This document shows, in pieces, positions 36,411-48,359 of a DNA stretch of 64,000 bases. The stretch is taken from NCBI RefSeq assembly GCF_006345805.1, contig NC_043000.1:75268001-75332000 (forward strand), written 5' to 3'. Below the pieces are notes generated by a model. That model was not told the DNA's origin. It did no database searches and was given only the letters and a program-made list of their open reading frames with translations. Both the position numbers and the translations under genes were made by a program. How positions within the stretch are numbered: position 1 is the stretch's first letter; every line of letters starts with the position of its first letter. Source of the DNA: Octopus sinensis (lineage: Eukaryota).

Positions 36411-36608
36411 ATATATATATATATGTGTGTGTGTGTGTATGATATATATATATATATATGATATATATGTATGATATATATAATGATATATATGTATGAT
36501 ATATATGTATGATATATATAATCATTTATATATACATCACACATATATATATATATATCATTTATATATGATATATATATATATATATATGTGATGTATA
36601 TATAAATG

Positions 36609-36646
<38 letters not shown>

Positions 36647-36661
36647 ATGTATATATAAATG

Positions 36662-36716
<55 letters not shown>

Positions 36717-36752
36717 GATATATATATATATATATATATATGATATATATAT

Positions 36753-38410
36753 TTACGACTTTGGTTTTAGCTAGATTGACTCTGAGGCCCTTCGATTCTA
36801 ATCCTTGTTTCCACACCTGAAACTTCTCCTCCAGTTCTGATAGCGACTCAGCAATTAGAGCAAGGTCATCAGCATAGAGGAGCTCCCAAGGGCATCCTGT
36901 CTTGAATTCCTCCGTTATTGCCTGGAGGACTAAGATAAATAGGAGGGGGCTGAGTACTGAGCCTTGGTGGACCCCTACCTCTACCCGGAATTCTTCACTG
37001 TACTCATTTCCAACGCTCACCCTACTAGCGGCGTCCCTATACATGGCCCGCACAGCTCTCACTAACCATTCATCTATCCCTAGTTTTCTCATTGCCCACC
37101 AGATAAGGGATCGGGGGACCCTGTCGAAGGCTTTCTCCATGTCAACAAAAGCCAGGTACAGGGGCTTATCGAGACCAACTTCCGTCACTTTCCAGGGAGA
37201 AAAACTAGAAATAGTTGATAGTTTCCGTTACCTAGGTGACCAAGTCAGCAGCGGGGGCGGGTGTGCTGAAAGTGTAACTGCTAGAGTAAGAATAGCTTGG
37301 GCAAAGTTCAGAGAGCTCTTACCTCTGCTGGTGACAAAAGGCCTCTCGCACAGAGTGAAAGGCAGACTGTATGATGCGTGTGTACGAACAGCCATGCTAC
37401 ATGGCAGTGAAACATGGGCCGTGACTGCTGAGGATATGCGTAAGCTCGCTAGAAATGAAGCCAGTATGCTCCGATGGATGTGTAATGCCGGTACTCACAC
37501 TCGGCAGAGTGTAAGTACCTTGAGAGAAAAGCTGGACCTAAGAAGCATCAGTTGTGGTGTGCAAGAGAGACGTTTGCGCTGGTATGGTCATGTGGCGAGA
37601 ATGGATGAAGATAGTTGTGTGAAAAAGTGCCACACCCTAGCGGTTGAGGGAACCTGTGGAAGAGGCAGACCCAGGAAAACCTGGGACGAGGTGGTGAAGC
37701 ACGACCTTCGAACTTTAGGTCTCACTGAGGAAATGACTAGAGGCCGAGACCTCTGGAAGTGTGCTGTGCGCGAGAAGACCCGGCAGGACAAGTGAGTCCA
37801 CAACCCATGGCCTTCTACATGGGATGGAGCCAGCCTACGTATGCATACCTTCCCTTCTTGGGACACAAAACTCTACTTGTGAAGACGTGTTGAGGCAAGT
37901 GAGGATCAGAATCGAAATCGATCAATGGAAATTGCGGATGTGCTACCAGTGCCGGTGGCATGTCGAAACTCTGCTTGTGAAGACCCATTGAGGCAAGTGA
38001 GGATCAGAATCGAAATCGATCAATGGAAATCGATCAATGGAAATTGCAGATGTGTTACCAGTGCCGGTGGCATGTAAGAGAACTTTCCGTTTCGCGACCG
38101 TTGCCAGCACTGCCCCGTTTCGTGTCCGTTGCCAGCCTCGCCTGGCCCTCGTGCCGGTGGCACATAAAAAGCACCATCCGTTCGTGGCCGTTTGCCAGCT
38201 CTGTCTGGCACCAGTGCGGGTGGCACGTAAAAAGCACCCACTACACTCACGGAGTGGTTGGCATTAGGAAGGGCATCCAGCCGTAGAAACACTGCCAGAT
38301 TTGACTGGGCCTGATGAAGCCTTCTGGCTTCACAGACCCCAGTAGAACCGTCCAACCCATGCTAGCATGGAAAACGGACGCTAAATGATGATGATGATGA
38401 TGATGATGAT
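36753..38410 (+). mobile_element. RTE LINE insertion with 5' inversion (36753-37170 on minus; 37171-38410 on plus)
   Basis: The minus part encodes DKPLYL...NLAKTKV. The plus part encodes VTFQGEKLE to the stop, then the full 3' UTR and (GAT)n tail. Confidence 0.93.
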
Positions 38411-38414
38411 ATAT

Positions 38415-38800
38415 ATATTACTCTTTTACTTGTTTCAGTCATTTGACTGTGGCCATGTTGGAGCACCGCCTTTAGTCGAGCAAATCGACTCCAGGACATA
38501 TTCTTTGTAAGACCAGTGCTTATTATATCGGTCTCTTTTGCCAAACTGCTAAGTGATGGCGACGTAAACACACCAGCATTGGTTGTCAAGCAATGCAAGG
38601 GGGACAAACACAGACACACAAACATACACACGCACACACATATATATACATATATATGACGGGCTTCTTTCAGTTTCTGTCTACCAAATCCACTCACAAG
38701 GCTATAGTAGAAAACACTTGCCAAACATGCCACGCAGTGGGACTGAACCCGGAACCATGTGGTTGGTAAGCAAGTTACTTACCACACAGCCACTCCTGCT
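38415..38800 (-). mobile_element. tRNA-derived SINE (family A)
   Basis: Near-identical to 42818-43222. Confidence 0.92.
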
Positions 38801-38825
38801 CCTATTATATATATGATATATATAG

Positions 38826-38907
<82 letters not shown>

Positions 38908-38917
38908 TATATATATA

Positions 38918-38953
<36 letters not shown>

Positions 38954-38978
38954 ATATATATATATATATATATATATG

Positions 38979-39014
<36 letters not shown>

Positions 39015-39391
39015 ATATATATGTGATATATACAAAATTTAGAGGAATGACCACTAATAGTGGACAGCCTGTATGCTAGAAATAGACGCCAAACTCGTCA
39101 TTTACCACGAAGAATGTGTTCTCAAGAAAAAAATTCAACAAAAAACCAAAGTGTAAAAATAAGCAAGACAAATAAAAATATACGAAATAAAAAACGATTA
39201 CCTATGTACTAATTAGTTTCACTTGTTAATATTTACGTATATGGATACCTAAACATCTGCAAGATCGTCAGCATAGTCTGTCATTTACAAAATATAATTT
39301 CTAGAACTAGATAATAATAAGCAAGACAAATGAAAATATACGAAATAAAAAACGATTACCTATGTACTAATTTGTTTCTTTTGTTAATATT

Positions 39392-39437
<46 letters not shown>

Positions 39438-39471
39438 ATATATATATATGTGTGATATATATATATATGTG

Positions 39472-39523
<52 letters not shown>

Positions 39524-39800
39524 AATATATAATTATATATATATATATAAAAATATATAATTATATATTTATATATATTTATGTGATATATATGTGATAT
39601 ATATATATATATATATAATATATAATTATATATTATATTTTATATTTTATATGTCTATTTCATTGTCTAATTATATTTACTATATATTTTGTATAATGCC
39701 TTTACTGTTAGGTAATGGTGTAATAAAGTATTGATTGGGTATCATCTGATGGTTGATATTTGATTGATTTAAGTATGTTTCTCCGTTTTCTAATTTTGTA

Positions 39801-39841
<41 letters not shown>

Positions 39842-39944
39842 ATATATATATATGATATATAGATATATATATATATATATATGATATATATATATATGTG
39901 ATATATATATATATGTATGATATATATATATATATTTTTTTTCT

Positions 39945-40130
39945 CTCTGTAGTTTCAGCTCAGCTGCGGCCATGCTGATGCACCGCCGTTCTGCTACACT
40001 GTTATTACTAAGAGCCTCCTCTAATATGTGGCACTAGGTGAAGAATGGAGTTTGATATAGCTACCCTCATTTGCACCTCTTGCCGTGAGGTAGGTTCATC
40101 TGGGACTCTCAACAGGAAGAGGTCCAGATA
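39945..40130 (-). mobile_element. CR1/L2 family 1 3'-end fragment
   Basis: GTTTCAGCTCAGCTGCGGCCATGCTG matches 43325-43355. Confidence 0.7.
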
Positions 40131-40530
40131 ATATATATATACATGATATATATATATAATACAAAGTAAGATAGGGGTTATGGGTGTAACCCACTATGGG
40201 ATATCATTTATCCAATATACTGTTGGTAAAGTACCCAAATTCTTAATACATAAATGTTTTTAATTGCAATGCAATTAATTCATTTATTGTATTAAACTGG
40301 TGAAGGTAAAGAAATATTTTTACTGTAAATTTATAATACAAATAAGAAAATGGAGAAACAAATCCAGTTTGTTCATCAACTTACGGATATTATAATGTTA
40401 GATTATTTATTCATTTTACAAATGAGAACATCAAATGCATACAAAATATTATATAAATCAATAGATAATATAATAATACAAATATAGTTTTTAAAAGTCA
40501 TATTATAAATTAATGAAATCCAGAAATTAG

Positions 40531-40668
40531 TTCTTACAGCTGTTTCAGCCTATGGTCAACAGTGAATCTAAGTTTTCTTTGCCTATAGATGTCAACATAC
40601 TAGGGTGTTAGGCATTTAAAAAATATAATACTTATGGGTTAAAAGAACCATAGGCCTCGTCAGAGGTT
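40531..40668 (-). ncRNA. Hammerhead-like fold with 110-nt helix II, weak helix I
   Basis: CTGACGA + GGCCTATGG...CCATAGGCT + GAAA + CAGCTG + TA. Helix I has only 2 clear pairs. Confidence 0.55.
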
Positions 40669-40904
40669 ATAATTAACTATAAAAATATAATAATAATATT
40701 AATATACTAAACATGCTGCATGTATTATTTAATATATACAAATAAACAATAAACAAATATACATATATATACCCATATATATATATGTACATATATATAT
40801 ATATATAACGGGAAGCTTTATGAAAATAGACTAAAGATGAAGGCAGGTGGAATACAAACAAACAATTGTATTAGTATGGCACTCAGGAATATAAATAAAA
40901 CAAG

Positions 40905-40942
40905 TCTTTTACGTTTCGAGCCTACGCTCTTCAACAGAAAGA
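40905..40942 (-). ncRNA. Compact hammerhead-like motif with variant core in a small non-autonomous repeat
   Basis: TCTTT-CTGTTGAA-GAGC(GTAG)GCTC-GAAAC-GTA-AAAGA. A second copy is at 59112-59149. Confidence 0.5.
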
Positions 40943-41397
40943 TACACAGAAAAGAAATACAGAAAGAAGGAGAGAAAAAAAATGCGTGCAGAGGCTAGCG
41001 AATCAACATGGCGATCTATATATATATATATGTATACATACATATGTAAATCATACAAACTATTCACATGCGCAAAATACATTAATGAACACCATTGAAC
41101 AATATATTATATTAAATATACCATGTGTCGTATACTTATGTAAATATATTAGAACGTATATACATTACTATGTTAATCAGTAACAAAAATGTTATTGCAT
41201 TAACGATAATCATCAACAGATCATACATACTATAATAATGTCTACTAACTTATCAAAAATTCACGATACAAGGTTCAATATATATATATTCATTCATATA
41301 CATATACTTATATAAGATTATATGCGTATAAGTATATAAATCAGATAATCATAATATAGTTTATACATCCACGTAAAGCGAACAAATTCAATTTTAA

Positions 41398-42148
41398 AAT
41401 GTGGGGTTGTGCATTGTCCTGATGAAACATCACTCCTTTTTGATTCACTAAAGCGGATCTTCTTTCTTCAAAGCTTGTTTCAAATGCTCTAATTGCTAAC
41501 AGTTGACTTGAGCATTGATTATTGCATTAGGTGGTAATAATTCAGTGAATTACTCCTTTGCAATCCAACTAGATAGAGAGAAGAACCTTGTTTCCATGAA
41601 GTTCCCTTCTTGGTTGTGATTGTGCTTTTTCCCTTTTACCAAGCCATTGTTTACAACGTTTAACATTTCGATAGAAGATTCATTTTTTGTCACCAGTCAC
41701 AAGTCTATCCAAAAAGGGTGAAATGAGTTCACGAGAATGGAGAGAAGAGCAGATGTTCACTCAGGATTCGTGGTTGCTTTGGTACAATTCATGAAGCACC
41801 GATTTTCCAAGTTTAGGGACCTTTCTAAGTTGTTGAAGATGACGATGAACAGTTGTATGTTTTGAACTAAGCTTTATTGCCAATTCTTCAACTGATAATG
41901 CAGGATTTTCTTCAAGTATTGCCTCAAGGAGCTTATCATCAAACTCAACTGGACATCCTGTTCGATCTTCATCTTCAAGGCTGAAATGTCCACTTCTGAA
42001 TTTTGCAAATCATCTTCTGCAAGTTCTTTCATTAAAGCATTCTTTTGTATGAAGTGAGTGTATGTTTCGAATCTCTTTAGCTGCAGAATTTCCTTTTTTT
42101 GTACTCATAAAGCATTATATGCCTCAAATGCTCTTTGGATACTTCCAT
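41398..42148 (-). pseudogene. Mariner transposase pseudogene (3'-truncated)
   Basis: Hand translation: MEVSKEHLRHIMLYE...FAKFRSGHFSLEDEDR...RLVTGDKK...VLLSI...ELLPP...FHQDNAQPH, with stops and frameshifts. Confidence 0.9.
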
Positions 42149-42279
42149 GTTAGAAAGGGTTTTAATCAAATAAATTTTAATTCTATTATTCTGTAAGATA
42201 ATATTTAATTAGTTTAAATGTACGCATGTATAAAAATAATTTTAAATTCCATTAGGCATTCTAAAATACTATTAAATTT

Positions 42280-42300
42280 ATATATATATATATATATATT

Positions 42301-42386
<86 letters not shown>

Positions 42387-42399
42387 AATATATATATAT

Positions 42400-42433
<34 letters not shown>

Positions 42434-42460
42434 ATATATATATATATGTATATATATATG

Positions 42461-42497
<37 letters not shown>

Positions 42498-42511
42498 TAT
42501 ATATATATATG

Positions 42512-42564
<53 letters not shown>

Positions 42565-42566
42565 GT

Positions 42567-42611
<45 letters not shown>

Positions 42612-42674
42612 GTATATATATTATATATGTATATATATATATAATATGTATATATATATATGTATATATATATG

Positions 42675-42728
<54 letters not shown>

Positions 42729-42767
42729 TATATGTATACATATATATACTAGTATATATATCTACTT

Positions 42768-42815
<48 letters not shown>
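42280..42815. repeat. Large (AT)n/ATGT microsatellite block
   Basis: Directly visible. Similar blocks lie at 36410-36752, 38805-39030, 39395-39650, 58890-59050 and 59240-59370. Confidence 0.98.
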
Positions 42816-42816
<1 letters not shown>

Positions 42817-42817
42817 T

Positions 42818-43222
42818 CTCTTTTACTCTTTTACTTGTTTCAGTCATTTGACTGCGGCCATGCTGGAGCACCGCCTTTAATCGAGCAGCTCGACCCCGGG
42901 ACTTATTCTTTTGTAAGCCCAGTACTTATTCTATCGGTCTCTTTTTGCCGAACCGCTAAGTAACGGGGACATAAACACACCAGCATCGGTTGTCAAGCAA
43001 TGCTAGGGGGGACAAACACAGACACACAAACACACACACACATATATATACATATATATGACGGGCTTCTTTCAGTTTCTGTCTACCAAATCCACTCACA
43101 AGGCTTTGGTCGGCCCGAGGCTATAGTAGAAGACACTAACCCAAGGTGCCACGCAGTGAGACTGAACCCGGAACCATGTGGTTGGTAAACAAGCTACTTA
43201 CCACACAGCCACTCCTGCGCCT
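42818..43222 (-). mobile_element. Full-length tRNA-derived SINE (family A)
   Basis: A/B boxes (TGGCTGTGTGG; GGGTTCAGTC), internal (AT/GT)n tract, and 3' end GGCGGTGCTCCAGCATGGCCGCAGTCAAATGACTGAAAC plus (GTAAAAGA)n. Confidence 0.93.
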
Positions 43223-43242
43223 ATATATATATATATATACAC

Positions 43243-43313
<71 letters not shown>

Positions 43314-43321
43314 TTTATTTT

Positions 43322-44420
43322 ATCTAGTTTCAGCTCACGAGCTGTGGCCATGCTGGGGCACTGCCATTTGGTGTTGCTACATGATTTTACTTCATGAATG
43401 CTTTTTAGCAACTGCCATTTGGTGCATGAGAGAGTTCGATGCAGCTGCCCTCAGCTGCACCTCCTGCCGTGAAGTTGGTTCATCTGGGACACCTGACAGG
43501 AAGAGATCCAGTCTTACTTTAAAGACATCCGCATCCACCCCATGCAGGTCCCTCAGGTTCTTCGAGAGGATATTGAAGAGATGTGGGCCTCTGAAGCCCA
43601 GGCTGTCACAGTATCTTGTCCTACATCTTGATGGCAAATTTGGAGTCCTTGGCACCACGCAGTGGCGCCCAGTTCTGGCATTTGTGTAACTCTCGATGCC
43701 AAAGTTTGGGACAAGTCCTTCCAGGATCTTCCAGATGTATATTATGGCATATCTTTCTCGCCTACGCTCCAAGGAATAGAGTTTTAATATCTTGAGTTTT
43801 TCCCAGTAGCTTATTAGCTGCACAGAGGCTATCTTCTTCGTGTAGCTTTGTTGGATCGCCTTAAGTTCTGTGATCAACTTGACACTGATGGTGACCATAG
43901 CTGAGAGCAATAGTCAAAGTGGCTTAGGACAAGTGTCCTTCAGAGGACCATCATGGTTTCTTGGTCTCTTGTTCTAAAGGTTCTAAGAATCCATCTGGCC
44001 AGCCGCCTACATTTCATTCCCAATTTATATACATTCCCATGTATATGAAAGGTTGCGTCATCAATCATGTAAATACTCAGGTCACGCACTGATTGTGCCT
44101 CTGGGATTGCAATCCCTCCGGGTCCAGTGTATTCATTGGGTATTGCATTTAGTTTTGCATGCTGATAACATAAAGCTTGAAACTTTTCAGCATTGAACTG
44201 CATGCTATTCTTTTCAGCCCACTTGTATATTTTGTCCAGCTCACATTGCAGGTGTTTAGTGTCTTCAGGGTTCTGTATTGCCTGTGAAACTTTTGTATTA
44301 TCTGCATAACTTGTGATCGTGGCTCTCTGCGTGGGCATGTCTGAGAGGGCCATAATGAACAGTAGTGGTCCCAAAACAGTGCCCTGCGGAACACCGCTCA
44401 CTATTTGAGTGTTAATGGAA
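43322..44420 (-). mobile_element. CR1/L2 family 1, 5'-truncated copy with 3' end
   Basis: ORFs 43940..44401 and 43392..43910 (SGVPQGTVLGPLLF, YADN, LYSLERRR), plus the 3' stem-loop. Confidence 0.93.
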
Positions 44421-45189
44421 TATATATATATATTATCTTTGGATAAAATATATATATATTATCTTTGGATAAAATTACTAGCGAGGACATATTAAAAGAA
44501 TTGAAAGAAATTAACTCAAATTTAGTTATTCCACCTATATAAAAGAGGAAAAAAACATGACACTCTGGCTTTGGTACGGATTGAATGGCACTAGTTGTGC
44601 TAGGATCGAGCTGAAAATTGGCAGGGGTCCTGAATGCATGGTGATGATCCGACCTGTGATAGTTAAAATTTGTAAGCTATAAAGATGTGGTTGCTATGGC
44701 AAAGAGAGTGAAAATTGTCAAGTGTTTGTTTTTTCTCTCTAATCCATTATCACCCCTTCTCCTTCCATCTCTCTCTTTCCTCCCTTTCCTTCACTTTCTT
44801 TCTACAACAACGTTTGAAGTTTTCACTATCTTTCCCTCGCTGCCTTTGCCAGCGCTGTCACTCTTTCTTTCACATCCTCTCTCTCTCTCTGTACGTCTGT
44901 CTGCACTTTCTGTCTATAACAACGTTTCACAGCTTTGCCGTCTCTCTGTCACTCTTTCTCCCACCACCTTTCTCACTGTACTTTCTGCCTCTATGTATAC
45001 AGAGAAAGCGTGACAGTAGCAACAGTTTAGATATTCCCGTCATTTAGAACGCTGACATATTATCGCCCACCACTATCGCACAATCATAACAGATATTATT
45101 AATCAGATATATATTGTGTTAATTTTTATATATATGTGTGTGTGTGTAATATATATATATATAAATATATAATGTGTATACATATATAT

Positions 45190-46768
45190 CTTTACATATG
45201 GGGTTGGGGGGAAAATGGGATCTTTTCATGTTCGTCTCGGTACTTGTCTATTGTCGTGGTCCCGGTTTCTCACACCCGAATTCGCGCGCGCGCGCGAGCC
45301 AGAACAGCTTTGAATTACGCGGCGGCGGTGGTGGTGGTGGTGGTGTGAGGTTCTAATTTTTTTTCTGATCTCTCTTTGCCCCCCTAGATGGAGGTGTGGT
45401 GGGGAGACAGATGAAAGATGTTTCATTCTCTTATATATATATATATATATATATATATTTCTTAAACCTACACGATATAGTCTATAAATTTGGGATGTTT
45501 TTGAAAGATAATATATTTTGTCATCAGAATATATATACTTTCTCACACTACAATTAAGATATATTTATTTTAAATCGTTCATCTTTTCCCGCGACAACAA
45601 AAATTGGGCGCGAAAATTTTTCTAAATATTAGCGGAATGAACAACTGAGATAAAGAGGGGGCAAAGAGAGATCAGAAAAAAAATTAGAACCTCACACCAC
45701 CACCACCACCACCACCACCGCCGCCGCCGCGTAATTCAAAGTTGTTCATTTTGATATGGCTCAAGAGGCATTATGGACTTTTAAATGGAGATTGAGAAAA
45801 ATTGTTTCAATTAGAAAAGCAACATTTCTAGAAAATAGTAAATTGAAGTGTGAACACAGCACCTTACAGAGTATAAGTATATGACATTTATTTTTAAAAT
45901 TTAACTTCATTTGTTTTATATTCTAAATAATTTGCAATTTCAAAAAATATATTAATTTTGCGTTTTTTAATTTGATAAATTCTACGGAATAATTTTGCGC
46001 GTTTTTTGATAAATTCTACGGAAAGAATTTAGTGCGAAAAATTTATACATTTATACACAAAGACCTGTGAGGCAAGCGAAGTTGATATCGAACCTCATCC
46101 CACGACAGGCACCCACGCCAACCCCCTTTGCTTGCGAAGACATGTTGGGGCAAGTGTGGCACCCGGCAAATGCCAGGACCCCTGGACTGGTGGTACGTAA
46201 AAAGCACTATCCGAATCGTGGCCGATGCCAGAGCCGCCTCGACTGGCACCAATCCGACCGTGGCCGTTGCCAGCCTCTCCATTTACCTGTGCGGGTGGCA
46301 TGTAAAAAGCACCCACTACACTCTCGGAGTGGTTGGCGTTAGGAAGGGCATCCAGCTGTAGAAACATTGCCAGATAAGACTGGAGTCTGGTGCAGCCTTC
46401 TGGCTTCCCAGATCCCCGGTCGAACCGTCCAACCCATGCTGGCATGGAGAACGGACGTTAAATGATGATGATGATGAGAAGAAATTAATTCATTAAGTTT
46501 ACCAAATTATATACGTCTGTAAAAAAAAAAAAAGTTTCACAAATTATATACGTTCGCGTTTGTGTAAAAAAAATTATTAACCAAGTTTTATAAATTATTT
46601 ACTTTGTTCAAAAAATATTATTAATATTAATTAATTTTCAAGAATTATTTAATTTATATAATTAATTCATTAATTTTATTCTGTAAAATAGTAATTAATT
46701 CATTTATCTGTAAATCCGCGAGGAAAGCGACTATGTAATTTTTTTGTGTAAAATTGAAAATGTTATAT

Positions 46769-46802
<34 letters not shown>

Positions 46803-47079
46803 TTTTAGTGAAATCCAACACCTTTTTTTTTAGGGAGGGGGGGTAACGCGCATGCGCGAATTCTGCACTGCGCATGCGCAAGTCACCTCGTAGGATCTCG
46901 AGTACCGAGTACCTACGTCTGGCGCGCGCGCGAATTCGCGTGTGCGAAACCGGGACCACGACAATAGAGAAGTACCTTAGTCTCAATCGGAAGATTGGAT
47001 GTGCATGCGTGGGTATGTGTGTGAGAGAGAGAGTGTGTGTGTGTGTTTGATGGGGTGTGCGAGACACACACACACACAT

Positions 47080-47122
<43 letters not shown>

Positions 47123-47220
47123 CACGCACACACACAAACGGAACGCCAACTTCAAAAGAACTTCGCGCTCTATCTGTCTAGCTTTTATGATACCCTCCCC
47201 CATCCCACATATATAAAAAA
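45190..47220. repeat. CpG-rich nested inverted-repeat element (putative non-autonomous DNA transposon)
   Basis: Inner arms 45302-45385/45656-45747 and outer arms 45239-45295/46922-46976, with (CG)n runs and GCGCATGCGC palindromes. Confidence 0.6.
46060..46478 (+). mobile_element. RTE 3' UTR fragment with (GAT)n tail
   Basis: Same terminus as 37795-38410. Further short copies lie at 56590-56752, 61005-61135 and 62685-62757. Confidence 0.88.
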
Positions 47221-48359
47221 ATAAAAAGTTTTCGGAAAGTGACGATCTTATGTAAACAATTGCACATTGTCCAGTTACTAATTATTTAGTAATATTTCTA
47301 AGTGAATGTGATTTCAAAAATTTAAGTTTTTTGTACAATAAGCTTTTACTATATGCCAAACCGAAAACGCTCAAAACTTTCTGATAAGCGAAATAGAACC
47401 CGTAAATTGCAAAGAGGGAAGCCCATGCACAGGTACGCTTTTTGCCTAAATATTACATTTTTTGTTGAAATATTGCTGAACTTACTCTTTTTCCGTGCCG
47501 TTATTTAAAACTTGAATCCTGGTTGTCTATATGAATCTAAGGAATTTCTCTGATCTATTCATTTTCATTCAATCTTGCTATAAATTAAACTTTATATACC
47601 TTCTCTTTTTGTTTACTCTTTCCCAATTAGGCTACTTCTCTCAAGTTGTGGTTCGTTTTTTTTTTCATTTAAACTCTTCTATTCAGCATATTTTCATGAT
47701 CATAATATTTAAAATGAAATGGCCCTTTTACAAGTAACCTAACATGTGCAAATGTGATATCTCCATTGACTTACAATATTACCCAGACATTTTTATATAT
47801 ACAATTCATTACTATTTTTAGCATCTAATCTATTATTTCCACTTTGATTAATACCATAAAAACAGTGGCTGCAATGTTTACATTAGAACCTAATTATTCA
47901 AATCTGTTTAACATTCATGAAAAATCAAGTGTGTGTCAATATTTACGACGTTTTCTTGGACAATTTGTTTAGTAAAATAACTGTTTGTTGGACTGCCTAC
48001 CAAATATCCATAATATTTGCAGCTTATCTTGGTATTGAACACATACTACTATGTGATTGCTAAAACTTAACATATTAATTTTGCCATTGCTTTATTTTCA
48101 TTTAATTATTCTTTTTAATACATAACATTAAAGTCATGGCAGTGAATGTATTCCTGTCGAACTAAAAATAATTATTACTTATAAGTCACATGCTTTATTC
48201 TTTATCAAAAAAAATTAATTGCACAATTTGTTTGAATTATGACTTGATTTTTCTGGGTTTTTTTTTATTTAAGAAGTATACCAGACTTGACTATCCAAAA
48301 ATACAATTTACTACTATTACATTGGCTTTACCAAATAATCATTAGCTTTACTATTTTGA

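Noticed and set aside
41415-41430. CTGATGAAAC as a hammerhead core
   Set aside because: It is the antisense of mariner FHQD codons, with no helices.
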